A stretch of DNA of 64,000 bases from the NCBI GenBank assembly GCA_963789265.1, contig CAWBKB010000003.1:160001-224000 (forward strand), read 5' to 3'. The position numbers were made by a program, and so were the translations under genes. The notes under the pieces were generated by a model, which did no database searches, was not told the origin of the DNA, and saw only the letters and a list, made by a program, of their open reading frames with translations. This DNA is from an uncultured delta proteobacterium (lineage in GTDB: Bacteria; Desulfobacterota; Desulfomonilia; Desulfomonilales; Desulfomonilaceae). This document shows, piece after piece, positions 52,630 through 63,371 of the stretch (position 1 is the stretch's first letter; each line of letters opens with the position of its first letter).

Positions 52630-53085
52630 TTAATGCCCGCACATAGGAGTTTCTCGCACCAGATAAGTTTGAGGCACCATCACCTGCCGGCAAACAGGCC
52701 TATACACCACATTATAACACGTCACGCACATGGGCTGATAATAGACATAAGGTACTTGCCGCTGGACCACCTGGCAGAACGGTTGTGGACAGCACTTCGT
52801 GCAGGGATCCTGTCCGCAAGGCGAACCGACGGGAATGCCCTTCAACATGAAGTTTTGAATCCTGTAGCCGATTCTCTTAACCGGGATCGCACGCGTACAA
52901 GGCTGAACTTCTGCGACCATTTCAGTCCTTACACAGGGAACCATTCTTGTTACAAACGTGCCACAGGATCCGCATTGCGCAGGCCCGGGGTAGCAGTTCA
53001 TGCATTCACCGGAGACAACGGACGCTGCGAGGAGTAACAAAGCCCCTACAACCGAAACCATAGCCCTTTCCATGATCGACCTCAC
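52630..53085 (-). CDS. secreted Cys/Val/Pro-rich protein (YTV-like composition)
   Basis: Signal peptide; 15 Cys; VTRMVPCVR, RQVPYVYY, VVYRPVCRQVMVP. Confidence 0.8.
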   Translation of the reverse strand: MRSIMERAMVSVVGALLLLAASVVSGECMNCYPGPAQCGSCGTFVTRMVPCVRTEMVAEVQPCTRAIPVKRIGYRIQNFMLKGIPVGSPCGQDPCTKCCPQPFCQVVQRQVPYVYYQPMCVTCYNVVYRPVCRQVMVPQTYLVRETPMCGH

Positions 53086-53405
53086 TTGTTAGTGACAATT
53101 AATCTGTGATACAGACAGCTTAATGATCGAATTATAACATAATGATGAGGACTTCTCAATAAATAAATTAGTAAAGAGGATAATAATTTGATAATTCACG
53201 ATAAATTGGGTAGGCAGGAGCCGTACAAACGAGAAGCCCGGCGACAGGACATCAGAAGCCGTCAGGCTTCTCTCGTTACGCATACGCGGTATGGTGATTG
53301 AATGTAGCCCCTACATAGCACATTAAACCCCTATGGCAAGAAAAAAATTCTACCTCTGCTGCTATACGTAACTAGCTGATCCCCCTGAGCAATCATGTTC
53401 CACGG

Positions 53406-53612
53406 CTATTTTTCGCGCGACTCCAGCATCTGTTTGATGCCGTGCACCAAGAAATAGGCGAACCCGAGAAAAACCAGCCCCCTGAAAATGGTCACGGAGT
53501 CTTCAATGGATCCGGAGCGAATCGCGGGGTAAAGAACATATCCCATGACAAACATTCCAATGAGACAGACAGCTACTTTCAGAGAGGGATTTAAGAACTT
53601 CCTTCCTGCCAT
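53406..53612 (-). CDS. small 2-TM membrane protein
   Basis: MAGRKFLNP.., two hydrophobic helices, GAGGA RBS. Confidence 0.7.
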   Translation of the reverse strand: MAGRKFLNPSLKVAVCLIGMFVMGYVLYPAIRSGSIEDSVTIFRGLVFLGFAYFLVHGIKQMLESREK

Positions 53613-53964
53613 TATAATCCTCGGAACAGGAGAGACCGGTTCGAACCGGCACGGGCTCCTGTCAATATAGTCGGTCGCTTGAAAGCGGAGCGATCTCATT
53701 CCATTCATTCCGCTCGGGATTCCGCGCTATATTAACGCAATGGTAGAGGCCGTCAAGTACAGCGGTCTGGAGGCGGGACAGTGAATTTCCTCCGGACGGA
53801 AATTGAACCTTGCTTGGCATCAGTACAAATGGAATACTACCCAATTCCTATTACCAATGCGGAATTTGTTGATTTCACGCTGGAATATTGTTATAGTACG
53901 GCTGGCATAAACTTGACAGATCATCGCTGATGCAAACGCGCATGTCACGAGAAGGAACAAGCAG

Positions 53965-54291
53965 TTGAAGTCCACCGGCTTCCGAGGTACCATAACAAAT
54001 ACGAGCCTGCCGGATATCATTCAACTTATCTGCATAGGTCGCAATAGCTGCCGTATGCACGTGCGCAGTGGAACAAATAACGGTCTGATATATTTCCGAA
54101 GGGGCGAGATCGTCCACGCCCAAACCAACAGAACGGAAGGCGAGGAAGCATTTTACACAATTCTCTCTTGGGAACTAGGGGTATTCGAGTGTGATAATGA
54201 ATCGGCCAAGACCGAAACGATTCAAGAGAGTTGGGATTTTTTGCTGATGGAGAGTGTGCGGCGACTCGACGCCGAGCGCGGCCTCTCTTAG
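53965..54291 (+). CDS. stand-alone DUF4388 (PATAN-like) domain protein
   Basis: GFRG.I...SLPDIIQL, GLIYFRRGEIVHA, GEEAFYTILSW..G.F, LLMESVRRLD. Confidence 0.9.
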   Translation: MKSTGFRGTITNTSLPDIIQLICIGRNSCRMHVRSGTNNGLIYFRRGEIVHAQTNRTEGEEAFYTILSWELGVFECDNESAKTETIQESWDFLLMESVRRLDAERGLS

Positions 54292-54348
54292 GCGATTCGA
54301 CCGTATAATCCGAAGAACCGGCCAAGGCAAGTCGGTTGAGTGAAACAA

Positions 54349-54765
54349 ATGGCAGATCTCGTGTTAACGAAGCAATCCCTCGACCGTATAGACTCGATTT
54401 TGGCGACCCTCGTGGCACGCAGCGGTGCCCACACGGTCTTGTTGATAGACAAGGCCGGACAGCTCATCAGCTTCCAGGGTTCGATGGATCAGGAAAAGGT
54501 TGCCTCTTTGGCGGCCTTGACAGCGGCCAATTACGGAGCCACCACGGCGATTGCAAGGCTGTTCGGAGAAGAAGAGTTTACGCTTCTCTTCCACAAGGGA
54601 AAGGAGGAGAACATTCACTTTTCCAATGTGGGGGAAGAGTACCTTATGATAACGATTTTCAACAACAATACCCACTTGGGCCTCGTACGTCTGGAGGTGC
54701 GCAAAAGTTTGGAACAGATTGAGGCCATGTTTGCTGAGAATCTCCGCCAGTGGTTCAATGCCTAA
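54349..54765 (+). CDS. mglB: Roadblock/LC7 protein MglB
   Basis: LIDKAGQLI, SLAALTAANYGAT..IARL.GEEEF..LFHKG, IF...T.LGLVRL. Confidence 0.9.
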   Translation: MADLVLTKQSLDRIDSILATLVARSGAHTVLLIDKAGQLISFQGSMDQEKVASLAALTAANYGATTAIARLFGEEEFTLLFHKGKEENIHFSNVGEEYLMITIFNNNTHLGLVRLEVRKSLEQIEAMFAENLRQWFNA

Positions 54766-54797
54766 TCTGGACGTGAGCGGTCTTACAGGATAATTTC

Positions 54798-55439
54798 ATG
54801 GCCATAATAAGTTTCCGATCCGACGAAATTCATTGCAAAATCGTCTATTATGGTCCTGGAAGAGGTGGAAAGACGACTAATCTGATAGCGATCCACAGAG
54901 CTTTAGGCCACCAGGTGCGCGGCGAACTGCTCTCCATCGATACCTCGGGAGATCGTACCCTTTTCTTCGATTTCCTTCCTATGGACCTTGGAACTATTGG
55001 GAAGTTTCGCATCAAGATCTCCCTCTATACCGTTCCCGGTCAAGTGCGTTATAACGATACGCGTAAATTGGTTTTAAAGGGTGTTGACGGCATAGTATTC
55101 GTGGCGGATTCATTGGAGGCCCGCAGGAACAACAACATCGAAAGTCTATTGAACCTTGACGACAATCTGAGAGATCAAGGCAAGACCAGTACATCACTTC
55201 CGCTTGTGCTTCAGTTCAATAAACGGGACTTGGCCGGCAGTCGAGTTGCCGTGCTACCCGTGGAGGAAATGGACAAAGATCTCAACCCTGCATCTCGATT
55301 TCCGTCGTTTCCGGCCAGTGCCTTAAAAGGAGACGGCGTGCGCGAAACGTTCAAGAAGATTTGCATGATGACCGTTGTTGATGTGAGTACAAGACTCTTG
55401 AAGGATAAAGGAATGAGCCTGACAGGGTCGGGGCCCTGA
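54798..55439 (+). CDS. mglA: small GTPase MglA
   Basis: KIVYYGPGRGGKTTNL, DRTLFFDFLP, YTVPGQ, GVDGIVFVADS, NKRD, ASA. Confidence 0.95.
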   Translation: MAIISFRSDEIHCKIVYYGPGRGGKTTNLIAIHRALGHQVRGELLSIDTSGDRTLFFDFLPMDLGTIGKFRIKISLYTVPGQVRYNDTRKLVLKGVDGIVFVADSLEARRNNNIESLLNLDDNLRDQGKTSTSLPLVLQFNKRDLAGSRVAVLPVEEMDKDLNPASRFPSFPASALKGDGVRETFKKICMMTVVDVSTRLLKDKGMSLTGSGP

Positions 55440-55463
55440 TCTAAAAATTCCGGAGAGTTCCCT

Positions 55464-56778
55464 GTGAATGGAAAAAAATACAAGACACCTGATGAACTTG
55501 GCGAAGCTGTAGGATTAAAGATTGAGGAACTCTTCGGCACGATAGTCCACGACCTTCCTCCGGAAGAGCCCGAGGATCAATCGATTGTCAAAGAGCGAAC
55601 GGAAAAAGCTCCTACGGCTCCTATTTCGCGGGCCCCCACACCTGACAGGTACTCCCCGGGATGCAAGATCACGTCCGGGTACCGTCGCAGCCGCCGTGCC
55701 TTCCCCCGCCTCTAACGCTCAAAAGAAGGCCGGCAACACCTGCGCGGAGATTCTTGAGCGTATTGAAATTCTCATGCTGAAACTTGAGTGGGAGGTGAAT
55801 CCCGAGTCGGTCAGAGAGATATTTCAAAGATTTATGGAGTTGGAAGGTTTCTTTTCGGCAGACCGATCGGCGCTAAACATATTAGCCATGAACCGTCGAG
55901 TGCTGCCGCGATTCAAAGACCCGGGGGCGGTGCCTCATCGATCCCTTCTGAGATTGCTCCAGGACAGCATCACGGCTTTAAAAGCCATACATTTATCGCA
56001 GGGCCGTCAGCGTCCCTCAGAGAAATTGATAGCCTCCATCACTAATAGTTATAAAGAAATCGTTTCTTCGCCTCCTGTGTCCGGCGCAGCTTCAAAGTCA
56101 ATGGGTGGAACCACGGAGCAAGGCAACAGACAACGCTACGCATCTTTGATCTCGGAATTTGGTGGGTCTATCCGCTCCATCAACGAGGTTAATCACCGGC
56201 TCGGAAGAATTCTTGGGGTTCTGCGCCAGGGGGGAGGCATGTCCGGCGAAGAAATCAGCCGGCGCCTTGGGGCACTCGAACACCTCATTGCCGAACGTGT
56301 GGAACATCTCTCTGCCGTCCACAAAGAACTGGTTCATATCGGCACACCCACGGGCAGCATAGCGGCTGAATCCGGTCACAATCCTCAGGGAGGCGAAGCC
56401 CGGCCCGACGGGCTGCTAATGATCACGTGGGGAGGAGCTTATCTCGCGATCCCGTCTTCTATCGTAGCGGCTCTCTATCCTCTGTCAAAGGCTCAGACAC
56501 AGCAATTGCAACACAAATCCTCCATTGTCATAGGAGGTCGTACCGTCCAACGAATTCCCCTGAAAAAGCCTCAAGGGGCACAGGCTGAGGCAACAACCCT
56601 GTCCGCTTGGCTCACTCATATTTCTTGGGATCGGAACGATTACTTCCTTCTGGCGGACAAGGTGCTCGGCTATCGCAAGACTCCCGAAGGAGTCGACATA
56701 GCAGGCCAAACAAAAATCAAGATCGGTCCTACCGGATACACGCTTATAGACCGAAAGATTTTGCGTCGGACATCATAG
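55464..56778 (+). CDS. hypothetical protein with C-terminal CheW-like domain (apparent frameshift ~55600-55700)
   Basis: N-helix KIEELFG, P/A linker, LKLEWEV helical domain, C-term LLMITWGGAYLAIPSSIV...YFLLADKVLG. Confidence 0.65.
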
Positions 56779-56825
56779 GCCATTAAGGGTTGGTGGATTC
56801 TTCCTCCAAAGGCCGGCTACCTGCG

Positions 56826-58569
56826 ATGATTAAACAAACAATGTTCAAACCGACGACGTTCGGCCGTTACTGCCTCATCGACCAGATTTCCAAGGGCGGC
56901 ATGTCCGACATCTATCTCGCGAAAGCCGTAGGTTTCGGGGGATTTCAGAAACCATTGGTCATCAAGAAACTTCTTCCTCAATACTCTGAAAAGCCACGCC
57001 ATGTGAAAAGGTTCATAAATGAAGCCAATACGTTAGCTCGCCTGAACCACGCCAACATCGTCCAAATCCTGGATATGGGCGTGATTGCAGGTGAATACTA
57101 CATTGCGTTGGAGTATATCGAAGGGCGAAATGTGGCCCACGTTCTCTCCAAATCCGCACGCAGCCAGGCGCGGCCTCCTCTGGAATTTACTTTGCACGTG
57201 ATTGCGGAACTCGCAAAAGGGCTAGGCTATGTTCATAAGAAACAGGGAACGGGCGGCGAGAATTTAATGCTGGTTCACCAGGACGTGAACTCGTTCAATG
57301 TGATGGTTTCTTACGAGGCCGAGGTAAAGATCATCGACTTCGGCATTGCAAGGATCTTTCTCGACAAGGCGAGGCAGGACAAGCTCCCGGTGGCGGGTAA
57401 GCTTTTGTATTTTTCACCTGAGCAACTTCAGAAGAAACCGTTGGACCGCAGGGTCGATATTTACGGAACAGGCGTGCTGTTCTACGAGCTCCTTACCGGC
57501 AAACGGCTCGTGGAACACCGACCGACCATCGAAGAAACCGTTAAAATGATCTTGAAGGTCGATATCAGGGACAAGGTTCGAGGTGATAACGGCATTCCCG
57601 ATGAACTGAAACCGATACTCACCAAGGCCATGGCTTTCGATCCGGGGGCAAGATATTCCTGGATGGAAGAAATGATCGAAGATATCCGATCCGTCTCAAA
57701 GAAACTCTCGCTCGATCTCAATTCAGCCTCTCTATCGGCGTACATGAAAGAACATTTTAGCCAGGAGATACATCTTGACAGGCGCAGAATGCGGAAGCTC
57801 GTATCCGAGGAAGTTCCTCCGGTTGAAAGAACCGGGGGGGGGACCAAGGGGACATCGGCCGGCACCGGGACCGACCTGCTGGAGGCAATCCTGAATCCTG
57901 TTTTAGCGCCGCTGACGGATCACGAAAAAGGATGGGAAGAGCAGACTCAGTTTATCCCGAAGACTATGAAACTTAAGGCTGGAAAGACAATCTTTAGGCA
58001 GGGAGACACGGGATCCGACATTTTTGTAATCAAAAAGGGTACGGTGAGGCTCTTCGTAAAAGTAGGATCGACACGCCGAGACCGTGTCCCTAATCGGGGA
58101 AGGTGACTTCTTCGGAGAAACCGCCCTCCTGGACGGGTACGGCCGGTCGGTTACAGCGCGGGCGGAGGAAAATTGCCAGCTTGTTCCAATAGGCAAGGAA
58201 GCTTTCTTAAGGCTTGCCGGAAGCGATCCCGCACGTACGGTAATTAAACGTCTCGTGGCACGTATCCGAGACTCCAACTCTCTGCTCGAAAGCGCCATGT
58301 TGCAGGACACCCTGTCACGACTGATTTACGCACTGTTGTTCTTCCAGCGAAGAGAACTCGGGCAAAACGGCAAGGCTATAAACCTGAAGGAGTTAACTGA
58401 GTTGTTTCGCCTGGAAAACAGCCGCGAGATGCAGAAGTATTTGGCCAAATTGCAAGCCCTCAATGTTCTTCAGGCCGATGAAGAAGTTGTGCAAGTAAAG
58501 AATCCTCAAAAGCTGGAGAACATCCTGAACATCCTGGTCGGCCGCGGAAAATTCACTTTGAAATTGTGA
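56826..58569 (+). CDS. Ser/Thr kinase fused to cNMP-binding and CRP-like HTH domains (apparent +1 indel ~58078)
   Basis: KGGMSDIY, VIKK, HQDVNSFNV, DFG, YFSPE; IFRQGD..IFVIKKG.V; FFGETALL...RSVTA. Confidence 0.85.
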
Positions 58570-58649
58570 TCCTCATGATGTTCGTAAGGTTTCCTGGCTG
58601 TCGTCTACTGTGATACAGTCCTGCGACTGTGCATCCCAGGTGAGATCAA

Positions 58650-59378
58650 ATGCATATTATAGCGATAAACGCGGCCCCGCGCATGGAAGCGGGTAATACT
58701 CAGATGATTCTTAACCCCTTCCTGGTTGGTGCGCGACACGTAGGAGCCAAAGTGGATGTGGCACTTCTGGCCAGAAAGAAAATAAACCCGTGCATGGGAT
58801 GTTTCTCATGCTACGCTCTGACTCCGGGCGTATGCGTCCATAATGACGATATGCAAGGCCTCATTGAGAGAATTCGAGCGGCCGACATGATGATATTGGC
58901 CACTCCCATCTATCTGGATGGGATGACTTCTCTGGCAAAGATCTTTATCGACAGACTGGTAGTCTTTCTGGAGCCGCATTACATCATGGATGAAATGGGT
59001 CTGTTACACCCGCTGAGGTGGAATTTTCCCCGGAAAATGTTCCTGGTTTCTGTCTGCGGCTATTCGGGCCTGCACAACTTTGATCCCCTGGTTCTGCACA
59101 TGGAACGACTCGCCAGAAACTTTCACACCGAATTTTGCGGTGCCCTCCTACGACCGGCCGTATTTTCGGTCCTGCTCACCAAAAAGTATCCGGAGCGGGT
59201 TCGCGGGGTGCTCGATGCCGTCAGGATGGCCGGGGAAGAATTGGTGAGGTTCGGAAACGCCACAGCTCCTACCCTAAAGGCCGTAGCTGAGGACATTTGC
59301 ACTCCGGAAGAATTGATGGCGACCGCCAACTCTTATTGGGATCGTGAACTCGGAGGGCCTCCTGACGAACCTGCATAA
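58650..59378 (+). CDS. flavodoxin family / iron-sulfur flavoprotein
   Basis: PRMEAGNT, CMGCFSC..TPGVC..NDDM, ATPIY, KIFIDR. Confidence 0.9.
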   Translation: MHIIAINAAPRMEAGNTQMILNPFLVGARHVGAKVDVALLARKKINPCMGCFSCYALTPGVCVHNDDMQGLIERIRAADMMILATPIYLDGMTSLAKIFIDRLVVFLEPHYIMDEMGLLHPLRWNFPRKMFLVSVCGYSGLHNFDPLVLHMERLARNFHTEFCGALLRPAVFSVLLTKKYPERVRGVLDAVRMAGEELVRFGNATAPTLKAVAEDICTPEELMATANSYWDRELGGPPDEPA

Positions 59379-61510
59379 GACGCATCGGCACCTGTCCGAG
59401 GGAGGAGACGTCTGTGGTGGGGTCAGGTCGCGCAGTACCAATTCGGTTTTCTCAACTATTGTTCGCTTACATTTTATCACTTTATTCCTCCTTGCGATCC
59501 CGGTTCAGTGCCTTGGCGGCGGAGTCTTTCATGTTTTCCCGCCGACTTTGAAAGATGGAACCGTTGCCGTGGCGCGACTTTCCGTCCTTCTTTCGAGGAC
59601 ACTCATTACGGTTTCAGAATCCTCCGTCGAATATAGGATCGACCAGACTTTTTTCAACGATAATGACTATCCTTTGGACGGGCTGTTCATTCTGCCCATT
59701 GGATGCGGCGAGCCCTCAATCAAGGCCGATGTACACGTAGATGGTTCCCCCTGCCCTTTTACTCTCTCCACCGCCAAACATTTCTTCCCCACATTGCGCA
59801 ACCTGACCGTGTCTATGAAGGACCCATCCCTTCTCGGGCTTTCCGGAGGGTCAGTGATGGTAATTCAGCCGATCCACATAGGTGTGCGTCAACAGAAGTC
59901 ATTCCGGATAATGTTCAAGAAACCTTTGACCTTGAAAAACGAAGAACTGGAAATTCTGTTGCCTCTCGTCGGTGAGCGGTATTCCCTTGGGCCCGTCGGC
60001 GAACTGAATATTCGTGTGCGGCTGAAAATGTCACGATCTGTGAGAGCAGTATTTTCACCATCCCATCACCTTACAATTGTGAGGGAAGCCCCTCACAGAT
60101 GCATGGTTATCGCAAAAGCAAAAGAAAAGAAGGTTCGGCATGATTTCCGATTGCTCATCACATTCTCCGGTGAAGATCTGGATTTGAGGGTGTTCAAAAA
60201 CCGACCCGCAGGAAGGAAGGGGACGTTCATGGCACTTGTTTCGCCACCAGTTGCCTGCTCCAAGGGAACGGGGCCTGACAAAGACGTTGTCTTCCTGTTA
60301 GATGCTTCCGGCAGCATGAGAAAGCCGGATTTCGAACTTGCCAAGAAAGCAGTTCTTTTCGGCCTGGAAAAACTTCGCTCGACGGACAGGTTCAACGTGT
60401 TAACTGTCGGCACCCGCACCGGAAGGCTGACGCACAGTCTTGTCTCTGCAAGCTCGGAAAATCTCATGAAGGCCGCTCAATTTGTGAATTCAACCCGGGG
60501 GGGCGGCGGCACAGACATGTACAACGGTCTGATGAACGCCTTGGAGCAGTTCACTTCTCGCAAGCGGGCCGGCATCGTGATTTTCGTCGGCGATGGCTGT
60601 GCCACGGTTGGGGTAACGAATCGCGAAGTGATCGATGAGGATGTCCGTCGCAACAACAAAACACGAGCGCGGATTTTCGTCCTCACTATGGGAGACGCGG
60701 ATGTGGCCATGCTCGACAAGGTGGCAATGTCGAACCGAGGCGGCTCCTTTCATCTCACGGACAACGATGATTTTCCTTCCGCCATGAATCACTTTTTTGC
60801 CCGGATTTCTCCACCTCAGGCTGCCGATCTTTCCCTGGTATTCCAAAATATTTCTGCCGAAGATGTTGAGCCGAAGGACATCCCGGACCTGTTTGGGCAA
60901 GAGAGTATCGCAGTGTTTGGGCGTTACGACCGGGCGAGCGATACCGAGGCAAAAGTTGTACTCAAGGCCAGAGTCCAAGGCCGTGTGAACACAGTCGTGC
61001 AGAATCTTAGATTCTCCGCGGTTGATGAGGGCCACTCTTATATACCGCGCTTGTGGGCCATGCGACACGTTAGCGCGACTGCTCGAAAAGGAATCTCTCA
61101 AAGGATTCGACTCAGAACGGCTACATCAGATTACGGCCCTGGCCGGGGTATATGGATTCCGACTGCCGAAAATTTCAACAATGCCCACTGAACATGGTGC
61201 TACGACCGACAAAGACACAGGCGGGCTGCTGTGGAGCTATAAGATGTCCCCGGTGGCCGTGGACGTGGAATCAGAACAATTCCGAAGTGTTGAAGGCAGG
61301 GTATTTCGATCGGACAACGGGCTATGGGTAGACACGGAGTATCGCCCTTCAATGGCGGCTCGCACGGTGAGATTTCTGAGTAAAGAATATTTTTCCCTTT
61401 GCAGGGACGATCTGTCCGTAGGTCATTACTTGGCCCTCGGTTCCAACTTAATCTTCATGTCGGATAAGGGCCCCATAAGAATAGTCTCTGATATCAATGC
61501 ATCCCGATAG
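59344..61510 (+). CDS. exported VIT + vWA domain protein (start uncertain; apparent +1 indel ~61070)
   Basis: IDQTFFN...LDGLFILP (VIT); DVVFLLDASGSM MIDAS, DRFNV, GGTD, IPDLF, RLWA; C-term GLWVDT. Confidence 0.82.
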
Positions 61511-61540
61511 CCCCCGATTTCGACGTCCAAAAGTCTTTTT

Positions 61541-63211
61541 TCATTCGGGATGCATCACAGGCCCGTCTATGCACGATCTCAGGCCGCTCTTTGTTCCGCA
61601 ACTGCCGCAGAGGCCGATTCCACATCTCATTATGTCTTCACGCGCTACTAAGATTCGCTCCTGGGGAGTTTTCTGTCTCAGAACGGCTAATGCTGCGTCC
61701 ACCATGGGCTCCGGCCCGCAAATAAAAATTTGACACTCCTCGTAAAGATCGGGTTCCATGGCGGTGTCGTGGGCCAAGAGTTTCACTATCTCGCCAATGT
61801 GGCCTGGAGGATCGATTGCTATGCAGGCCGAAGGAATCTTCGCGAGTATTTCATCTTGAAAACTATCGCTCACTTTGTCCGAAAATCCGAAGAAAGCCTT
61901 CGATACGGATCCGCGCCAATATGCCGCGGCCAGCATGATCGGCGCCGCGCCTGTCCCCCCTCCAATCAAGACTACCGGGCTTCCCGGCTGGGGCGTGGAG
62001 AATCCTTTGCCGTACGGACCTCTCATGAAGATTGGATCCCCTGGCTCGAGCTGCTCCAGTGCCCGGGTGAACGGCCCAACACTGCGTACTAAATAGATTG
62101 GTTCCTTGTCCAGGGCCGGAGAAAAGGGCTTCTCGCCAACGCCGGGTAGCCGAAGGAAAAAGAACCGACCGGGAGCACACGGGGGGCCTTCCTCGAAACG
62201 GAGCCTAAAGAGCCCGGGCCCGAAAGAGGTATTCTCGACGACACGAGTTTTGAAATAGGTGGTGCGGGCATTTCCGGTAGGCCGACAGACAGAAGAGACC
62301 GGCGCTGATTTTCCGGTCAGAGAATCAACCAGACATTGAAAGTAGTCCGCCACTTGGGCTGTCGGCAGTCCGGCCAGGGCCGATCCTACTGAAAAAAAGG
62401 ACGCCCCGGCCTTCCTGTAGGCTCTCACGTCTTCCGCTGAAGTTATTCCTCCCGCGGCAATTATCGGGATGTTCACCGACGACGCTGCTTCCATCACTGA
62501 TTTCAGGCCAATGGGCAATATGCCCGCGCCGGACACTCCGCCGGTCACGTTTGTCAGAACGGGATTACCCTCCGCGTCCGTCGCGATACCCGGACCTACG
62601 GTGTTGATCAGACACAATGCGTCTGCGCCCTCCGCTTCGCACAAGCAGGCCATTTCCGGGATGTCTCCAAGATTCGGAGAGAGCTTGGGGATAATGGGCT
62701 TTCGGAAATGCTGCTTCAAGAGCCTTATGATCGTACGCACCGCATCCGGATCGGAACCTACGTTCTGGCCTGCTCCTTTCACGTGAGGGCAAGAAAGGTT
62801 CAGCTCGAAAGCGTCTGCGATCGTATTCAAGATGAGAGCGCATTCCAGAAACTCTTCCGCGTCTTTGCCCATGATGGAAACAATCAATGGTTTATTATCA
62901 TGGAGCGGCAGCAGTGGCTGCATGGCCCTGAGAAAGTCTTTAGCGCCGGGGTTCGCCAACCCTACTGCGTTGACGAAACAGCCCGGATAATACTCATGGA
63001 GCACCGGTTCCCTGTAGCCCGATCTGGGCTCGGCACTGAGAGTTTTTGTCGTCAAGAACCCTATGGCAGGAATGTCTCTGGCGATGCGTGCAATGACGGA
63101 AGGGATGGTCGTGAGAATGCCGGACGGTATAGTGAACGGCGACTTCACCGCCAAGCCGGCTAGGCTGGTGTTCGAAAGATCTTTTATCATGGCTGCCAGT
63201 GATGAACTCAT
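61541..63211 (-). CDS. pyrD: dihydroorotate dehydrogenase 1B fused to electron-transfer subunit (PyrD-PyrK)
   Basis: NAVGLANPG, ELNLSCPH, KLSPN, INT, GGVSG; then EKPFS, RGPYGKGF, GGGTG, CGP, CGIGLCGSC...C.DGPV. Confidence 0.92.
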   Translation of the reverse strand: MSSSLAAMIKDLSNTSLAGLAVKSPFTIPSGILTTIPSVIARIARDIPAIGFLTTKTLSAEPRSGYREPVLHEYYPGCFVNAVGLANPGAKDFLRAMQPLLPLHDNKPLIVSIMGKDAEEFLECALILNTIADAFELNLSCPHVKGAGQNVGSDPDAVRTIIRLLKQHFRKPIIPKLSPNLGDIPEMACLCEAEGADALCLINTVGPGIATDAEGNPVLTNVTGGVSGAGILPIGLKSVMEAASSVNIPIIAAGGITSAEDVRAYRKAGASFFSVGSALAGLPTAQVADYFQCLVDSLTGKSAPVSSVCRPTGNARTTYFKTRVVENTSFGPGLFRLRFEEGPPCAPGRFFFLRLPGVGEKPFSPALDKEPIYLVRSVGPFTRALEQLEPGDPIFMRGPYGKGFSTPQPGSPVVLIGGGTGAAPIMLAAAYWRGSVSKAFFGFSDKVSDSFQDEILAKIPSACIAIDPPGHIGEIVKLLAHDTAMEPDLYEECQIFICGPEPMVDAALAVLRQKTPQERILVAREDIMRCGIGLCGSCGTKSGLRSCIDGPVMHPE

Positions 63212-63371
63212 TTACAACTGTTTCAGGCGACTGATACGATAAAAACGGAATGCAGATCCATGCGGCTTCTCGAGCCCTGAGCCCCGCTGACCGGTAGTCC
63301 GTCGCGGGAACCGGCTTGGCCAAGGTCATGACCTCTCACGGAATCCGTGCCGCCGTGTTCCCTCGGGAGGC

